Source: Escherichia phage EK5
DNA: 64,000 nt
Sequence record: PQ805429.1
Direction: 5' to 3' (one strand)
The translations under genes were made by a program, and so were the position numbers. Below are positions 59,850 to 64,000 of the stretch, one piece after another; positions within the stretch are counted from its first letter, which is position 1; every line of letters begins with the position of its first letter. The notes beneath the pieces are model-generated. The model did no database searches. It saw nothing but the letters and a program-made list of their open reading frames with translations, and was not told the origin of the DNA.

Positions 59850-60059
59850 ATGTTCTTTCGTAAGAAAAAGCCCGAAGATTCTGGATGTAAACATGAGTGG
59901 GTGATCACTGAGAACCTACATATCACCCACGCTAAAGACACTCCGGTCGAGAGAAAAGAATCTCGTGTATCTCGTATCTGTAAACACTGTTTGAAAATAG
60001 AACAGCATAAAGTTCCCGGTCATATCGGTCACGATGTAGCCATTCGTATCTTTAGTTAA
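59850..60059 (+). CDS. small Cys/His protein, paralog 3 of 3
   Basis: Start moved to ATG 59850; CKHEW...CKHC. Confidence 0.4.
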   Translation: MFFRKKKPEDSGCKHEWVITENLHITHAKDTPVERKESRVSRICKHCLKIEQHKVPGHIGHDVAIRIFS

Positions 60060-60068
60060 ACAAATCTA

Positions 60069-60144
60069 GCACCCTTAGCTCAATGGACAGAGCAGCGACC
60101 TTCTAAGTCGTTGGTTACAGGTTCGAGTCCTGTAGGGTGCACCA
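60069..60144 (+). tRNA. tRNA-Arg (anticodon UCU)
   Basis: 7-bp acceptor stem GCACCCT/AGGGTGC, D-arm GCTC/GAGC, anticodon loop CTTCTAA, T-arm ACAGG-TTCGAGT-CCTGT, discriminator A and encoded CCA. Confidence 0.9.
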
Positions 60145-60163
60145 ATCAACGTAGGAGGTAGTT

Positions 60164-60463
60164 ATGAGTTGGGGTGGTGTAATATCCTTAATCTGTATCT
60201 TCCTTGTCTGTGTGGCCCTTACAGGCTGCGTACAGAGCCGTCCTGATGGATGGTGTGCAGTAGCAGTGGATGGTATTTGTGTATCTCGCTGGCATAAAGG
60301 TGAGAAGGTTCCTTCTGGTGAGATTGATATGCGCTGGAACGGAGCAACCTGCTCTAATGCTAACCCTTCTATCAACGAAGAGAAGTCTACGCCAGACAGT
60401 GTTGTGATTGATACAGCGTTGTGGTGTGGTGGCTCTACAGTTACCACTGGTAAGGAGTGGTAA
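60164..60463 (+). CDS. Cys-rich lipoprotein
   Basis: Signal peptide with lipobox LTGC; strong RBS AGGAGG; four additional Cys in mature part. Confidence 0.55.
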   Translation: MSWGGVISLICIFLVCVALTGCVQSRPDGWCAVAVDGICVSRWHKGEKVPSGEIDMRWNGATCSNANPSINEEKSTPDSVVIDTALWCGGSTVTTGKEW

Positions 60464-60464
60464 C

Positions 60465-60713
60465 ATGACAGCTCATTATTGGAATACAAAGAAGCTCCTT
60501 GAAGAGATGGCTGGAGTTAGTAGAGTACAGCTAATCTCTATGCTTCGAATGGATGCTCGCTCCTTACGCTTCCAAGTAAAGATTGGTAACTTCAGTGATG
60601 GCCTTTATTACACGCTGAAGGAAAGGATTAAGAAGACACACTTCATTATATATGGACTCAAACCGAGAACATATGTTAACTACATGTATTGGGATACATG
60701 CTACGATAATTGA
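60465..60713 (+). CDS. hypothetical protein
   Basis: Start moved to ATG 60465 after AAGGAG. Confidence 0.4.
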   Translation: MTAHYWNTKKLLEEMAGVSRVQLISMLRMDARSLRFQVKIGNFSDGLYYTLKERIKKTHFIIYGLKPRTYVNYMYWDTCYDN

Positions 60714-60720
60714 GGTTATT

Positions 60721-60942
60721 ATGAAACTAGACTCTAAGCAGTCACTTAAAACCGTTGAGCTGTCCAGCCTTCCAAACGGAAGTGTTTTTGGTCATGATAA
60801 ACACTTCTGGATTAAAACAGACATCATAAACGATGGATATATCACCTGTGTCAATCTTTGGAACGGCTCAGTGGATGGTTATCGCCCTAGCGCAAAGGTA
60901 GTCCCTCAACCTGATGCAAAGGCTGTAGGTTTAGTTTATTAG
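60721..60942 (+). CDS. small protein, paralog family member
   Basis: Start moved to ATG 60721; LPNGSVF, NLWNGSVD. Confidence 0.45.
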   Translation: MKLDSKQSLKTVELSSLPNGSVFGHDKHFWIKTDIINDGYITCVNLWNGSVDGYRPSAKVVPQPDAKAVGLVY

Positions 60943-60951
60943 GGAGTATGT

Positions 60952-61125
60952 ATGAGTTGTTTTGGTGGCGGTGAAGTAGATGACGATGATGACATGGAAT
61001 CCAACGGTACATGTCCTGATTGTGGATGTGAGACGTTTGATGGGGTGTCTGTTTATCCTGCCTGTAGTTACTCACCAGTGATCTGTAAAACATGTGGTGA
61101 TCAGCCGTGTGACCAATCTTGTTAA
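60952..61125 (+). CDS. small Cys-rich acidic protein
   Basis: 57 aa; CPDCGC...CKTCGDQPC. Confidence 0.35.
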   Translation: MSCFGGGEVDDDDDMESNGTCPDCGCETFDGVSVYPACSYSPVICKTCGDQPCDQSC

Positions 61126-61277
61126 GAGAATCTTATGACTGAAGAATTTTTAGAGTGGTTTGGGAACACCTTCAAAGATTATCTATTCTCTCCAGAAGAC
61201 TTTGAAGAACTGAAAACCTACACTTGGTTGGCTTGGAGAGATAGCCGACGAAAGTTGAACAAGTAAGAGATGATTAA

Positions 61278-61535
61278 ATGGGTTTACTTGATATTTTTAT
61301 CTCAGTTTACTTTATTGGAGTATTCCTTTCTGTCTTAGTGATGAAACTGCTATACAAGAAAGGTCTACTAAAAGGGGTCATTACAACAGGGTCTACCAGC
61401 TCTGAACCTGATGAGATGATGGTTGTTCTCTTAATTGTGTTGTGGCCTATCTCAATACTGTCAGGAGTTTTTTATCCAATAGGTTGGCTTCTGTTTAAAG
61501 CATATGATGCAGTTATGCATTTTATCTTTAAGTAA
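61278..61535 (+). CDS. small membrane protein (two TM helices)
   Basis: 85 aa; two hydrophobic segments. Confidence 0.45.
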   Translation: MGLLDIFISVYFIGVFLSVLVMKLLYKKGLLKGVITTGSTSSEPDEMMVVLLIVLWPISILSGVFYPIGWLLFKAYDAVMHFIFK

Positions 61536-61825
61536 TATCGTGAAGGATTCTTACGAGAGTCCTTTGAGATAGGACTTCAGATCTCCTATCAAACTAACAT
61601 TCATGTAACTAGCCCATAAGGGCGTTACCCTTTAATAACCCAGCCCACTAAGGGGGCGGGAGTTTAGTGCTGGATTAGCATAACGCTTATTCCTACAAAG
61701 GCAACCGATTGTTAGATCTTACATGCAATATTAACTAATAGGATAAGGGAGGATTCGTCCCCTCCCCCTATTTTATTGAATCTTTATCTAAGCAAGTCTT
61801 ATATAAACGTTTAATTGGAGGATGT

Positions 61826-62137
61826 ATGAAAGCACGAAGAACTATATGGACTCCGATGCAGATTGAAAATCTTCGGAGACTGATCAAAGAGTACTCGGTT
61901 CAAGAAGTTGCTCAGATTATGAATGTAACGGAGAATGCTGTTAACACAGCTTGCACTAAATTCGGAATATCAAGAGCTTCAATCCGAGTCAAGTGGTCTA
62001 AAGAAGAAGATCAGTTCCTTATCCGTAATGCCGGGTTTATGTCTATTCAGAGAATGGCTGACATGCTTGGTAGAAGTTATGCTGCTGTACAGAACAGGGC
62101 ATGTATGCACCTTAATATTAGCCTCAAACTTAAATAG
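61826..62137 (+). CDS. DNA-binding protein with two HTH-like repeats
   Basis: 103 aa; internal duplication W(T/S)..(Q/E)...L.......S..(E/R)(V/M)A..(M/L)...........(F/M)..IS. Confidence 0.45.
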   Translation: MKARRTIWTPMQIENLRRLIKEYSVQEVAQIMNVTENAVNTACTKFGISRASIRVKWSKEEDQFLIRNAGFMSIQRMADMLGRSYAAVQNRACMHLNISLKLK

Positions 62138-62145
62138 GAATCAAT

Positions 62146-62394
62146 ATGAAGATTACTCACAAGAAAGAAGAAGTGTCCACGGTTGATATCAACTCTCTTC
62201 CTAGTGGAGCAGTATTTAAATTCCCTGAGAGTTCTACTCTCTATGTCAAAGGGTCTGTGTCTGAAAGTCCTAATGTAACCGTTAACTCCGATCGAGCAAT
62301 CACTCTTCGTCTATCTGATGGTAACGTAACAGCCCCTTCTATCTGGTGCCGAGTTGTCCCTGTATCGGCAGAACTTTTGGTGGATAATACATAA
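62146..62394 (+). CDS. small protein, paralog family member
   Basis: 82 aa; LPSGAVF. Confidence 0.45.
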   Translation: MKITHKKEEVSTVDINSLPSGAVFKFPESSTLYVKGSVSESPNVTVNSDRAITLRLSDGNVTAPSIWCRVVPVSAELLVDNT

Positions 62395-62639
62395 TGAAAA
62401 TCATCCCAAAGAAAAAGGATAATACGGTTCGATTGGAAACAATCATTCCCGGAAACCCCTTCGTAGTTCAGCACGGAAGTGCCTCTCCTCAGTATTATAT
62501 GAGGGTTGAAAATGCTTCTGGTAACATCCGTATAGCCAGTGGCTGGGTTCCTGTAGTAAATCTATCCACAGGTGTACTGTCTGTTAAAGGTCTTGATGAT
62601 CAGGTAGAAATGATTCGTATGTCTGTGGTTCAGGAGTGA
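62394..62639 (+). CDS. small protein, paralog family member
   Basis: 81 aa; NLSTGVL. Confidence 0.45.
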   Translation: MKIIPKKKDNTVRLETIIPGNPFVVQHGSASPQYYMRVENASGNIRIASGWVPVVNLSTGVLSVKGLDDQVEMIRMSVVQE

Positions 62640-62641
62640 GA

Positions 62642-62887
62642 ATGAGCACGATACATATTAAGGTTCACAACAAAGAAAAAAAGAAACTCTTTGTTAAAGA
62701 TCTATCAACCGCTGACATCTTTACTTTAAAAGATGATGACAGTCAGGTCATTTATTTGATGATGCCTCTATCTGGTGGATATCGCAGAGCAGTTAATTTA
62801 GGTACAGGCGAACCTCGTCCTGTTTCTGACACTCTTGAAGTTGGCGAGAAGTTTGCCAAAGCAGAGATCATCTTAACTCCGATGTAA
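62642..62887 (+). CDS. small protein, paralog family member
   Basis: Start moved to ATG 62642; NLGTGEP. Confidence 0.45.
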   Translation: MSTIHIKVHNKEKKKLFVKDLSTADIFTLKDDDSQVIYLMMPLSGGYRRAVNLGTGEPRPVSDTLEVGEKFAKAEIILTPM

Positions 62888-63120
62888 GGGTAAGTAAGTG
62901 AAAACAAAAGCATATTCTTATGATGATATGATCAACCAGAAAGGCTTCGGTCAACGCCAGCCTGACGGTTCAATTATCTGGTTTGTAAACGGACAGAAAA
63001 AGGTAGCTAAATAAGCCCTCTTCTCTCCTCCTTTTAGTACTATGACGCCTCTCTGTGGGCGGCCCAATTTGCGTAGGGAATTCCCTCTACGCAGCCATGA
63101 CTTTTTAAGGAATTTCCCCT

Positions 63121-63354
63121 ATGTCTAAAGTAAGTGCAATTGATGCAATCCGTCAACCGTTCCAGTTCCAATCCAAATCAACCCAAACCTTCAGCGAACC
63201 TAAGCAAATTCGCTTGGGTGGCACAGAGAAAACTGTGTTCGATCTGGCTAAAAACAAGAGCGTTACCGTAGTTGATGGTGGCACTCTGGTTAACGTTTCT
63301 CATCGCATCCGCACTGGCAAAACTGCCAAAGATCGTGCTAAGAAAGGCGAGTAA
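63121..63354 (+). CDS. hypothetical protein
   Basis: 77 aa. Confidence 0.4.
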   Translation: MSKVSAIDAIRQPFQFQSKSTQTFSEPKQIRLGGTEKTVFDLAKNKSVTVVDGGTLVNVSHRIRTGKTAKDRAKKGE

Positions 63355-63569
63355 TGATAACACTTGTGTCGATCGTTTACAGAATACACTACCGTCTAGA
63401 CAAAGGTAAGACCTATAAGTGCAAGAGTAAGACAGGCAATAGATGCTCTGTAGAAAACAACTCTGGTCAATGGGTGGATGTACCTTGTTGTTGGTTCAGG
63501 AAAGACTTGACTAACAAAGAAATTGACGAAATCCTTAGTGATGATTTTGTAAAATCAAGTGATTTTTAG
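63354..63569 (+). CDS. hypothetical Cys-containing protein
   Basis: 71 aa, ATGA overlap. Confidence 0.4.
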   Translation: MITLVSIVYRIHYRLDKGKTYKCKSKTGNRCSVENNSGQWVDVPCCWFRKDLTNKEIDEILSDDFVKSSDF

Positions 63570-63583
63570 TTGTAGTAACGCCT

Positions 63584-63693
63584 ATAGCCTTCTTCGGAGG
63601 GCTATGTGAGTTATTCTGACTCAACTAACCTAATCTTAATATATTTCCCGTATGGGGCCGATGCTAGGGAGAGGAACATTCCTCGAACATCCG
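63584..63693 (+). repeat. conserved intergenic element, copy B
   Basis: TATAGCC...AGGGCTATGTGAG and GCTAGGGAGAG...CTCGAACATCCG, same order as copy A. Confidence 0.5.
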
Positions 63694-63760
63694 TCGGATA
63701 GATATTTTAAGAGCAGGTTATCCACAGATATTGGGTAATATCTTTTTGTATTTAAAGCTT

Positions 63761-63786
63761 GACTCTTTTCGGAGAGTCCTTTTTTA
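63761..63786 (+). terminator. rho-independent terminator
   Basis: GACTCT-TTTCGG-AGAGTC followed by CTTTTTT. Confidence 0.65.
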
Positions 63787-64000
63787 AATTCAACGAGAGG
63801 AAATATGTCTAAATTAGATTTAAAACTGCTAGCAGCAGCGGTAGTGATTTGTGCACTAGCACTGGTAACGCAGAGAACATCTGGATTTATTCAGTGTTTC
63901 TTTTCTGGGCAATCCACTTATCAGTGGGTTATTGACGAGTGTAAACAACAGGAGTAAGTATGAATACACGTCCCATCAAGGGCAACGTTAATATTGAAAC

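Noticed and set aside
60115-60489. Minus-strand ORFs overlapping the tRNA and lipoprotein gene
   Set aside because: They overlap a well-formed tRNA and a gene with strong RBS and lipobox.

Overview
The window reads as most of a virulent, podovirus-like phage genome with three transcriptional blocks. Coordinates 98-18388 (+) hold replication and nucleotide-metabolism genes: dCTP deaminase, Dps-like ferritin, thioredoxin, ThyX, PhoH, a T7-type family A DNA polymerase (polymerase domain only), HAD nucleotidase, metallophosphoesterase, SSB-like protein, overlapped spanins, macro domain, an ECF-like sigma factor, SLOG/DUF2493, dNMP-kinase-like, 5'-3' exonuclease, Dam-type methyltransferase and HNH endonuclease. 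Coordinates 18748-48627 (-) hold the morphogenesis block: terminase, portal, scaffold, major capsid, Ig-like decoration domain, tail fibres, GH24 lysozyme, SLT transglycosylase and a ~1470-aa internal protein. Coordinates 49805-64000 (+) hold many small genes, one tRNA-Arg(UCU), an SleB/CwlJ-like hydrolase, a collagen-repeat protein with a YadA-type anchor, and a 1.75-kb stretch with no ORF of 60 aa or more. No integrase, repressor, CRISPR array or phage RNA polymerase was seen. The sigma factor, the recurring TAATGTATA motif, the single tRNA-Arg and the gene content fit what I recall of phiEco32-like (Kuravirus) coliphages, but that is memory, not a search result. The most interesting candidates are the phage-borne trimeric-autotransporter-like collagen protein, the ORF-free region with a near-consensus host promoter, a probable -1 frameshift fusing capsid to an Ig-like domain, and a macro/SLOG pair that may be counter-defence. 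All domain calls are from motifs read by eye; none is search-verified.
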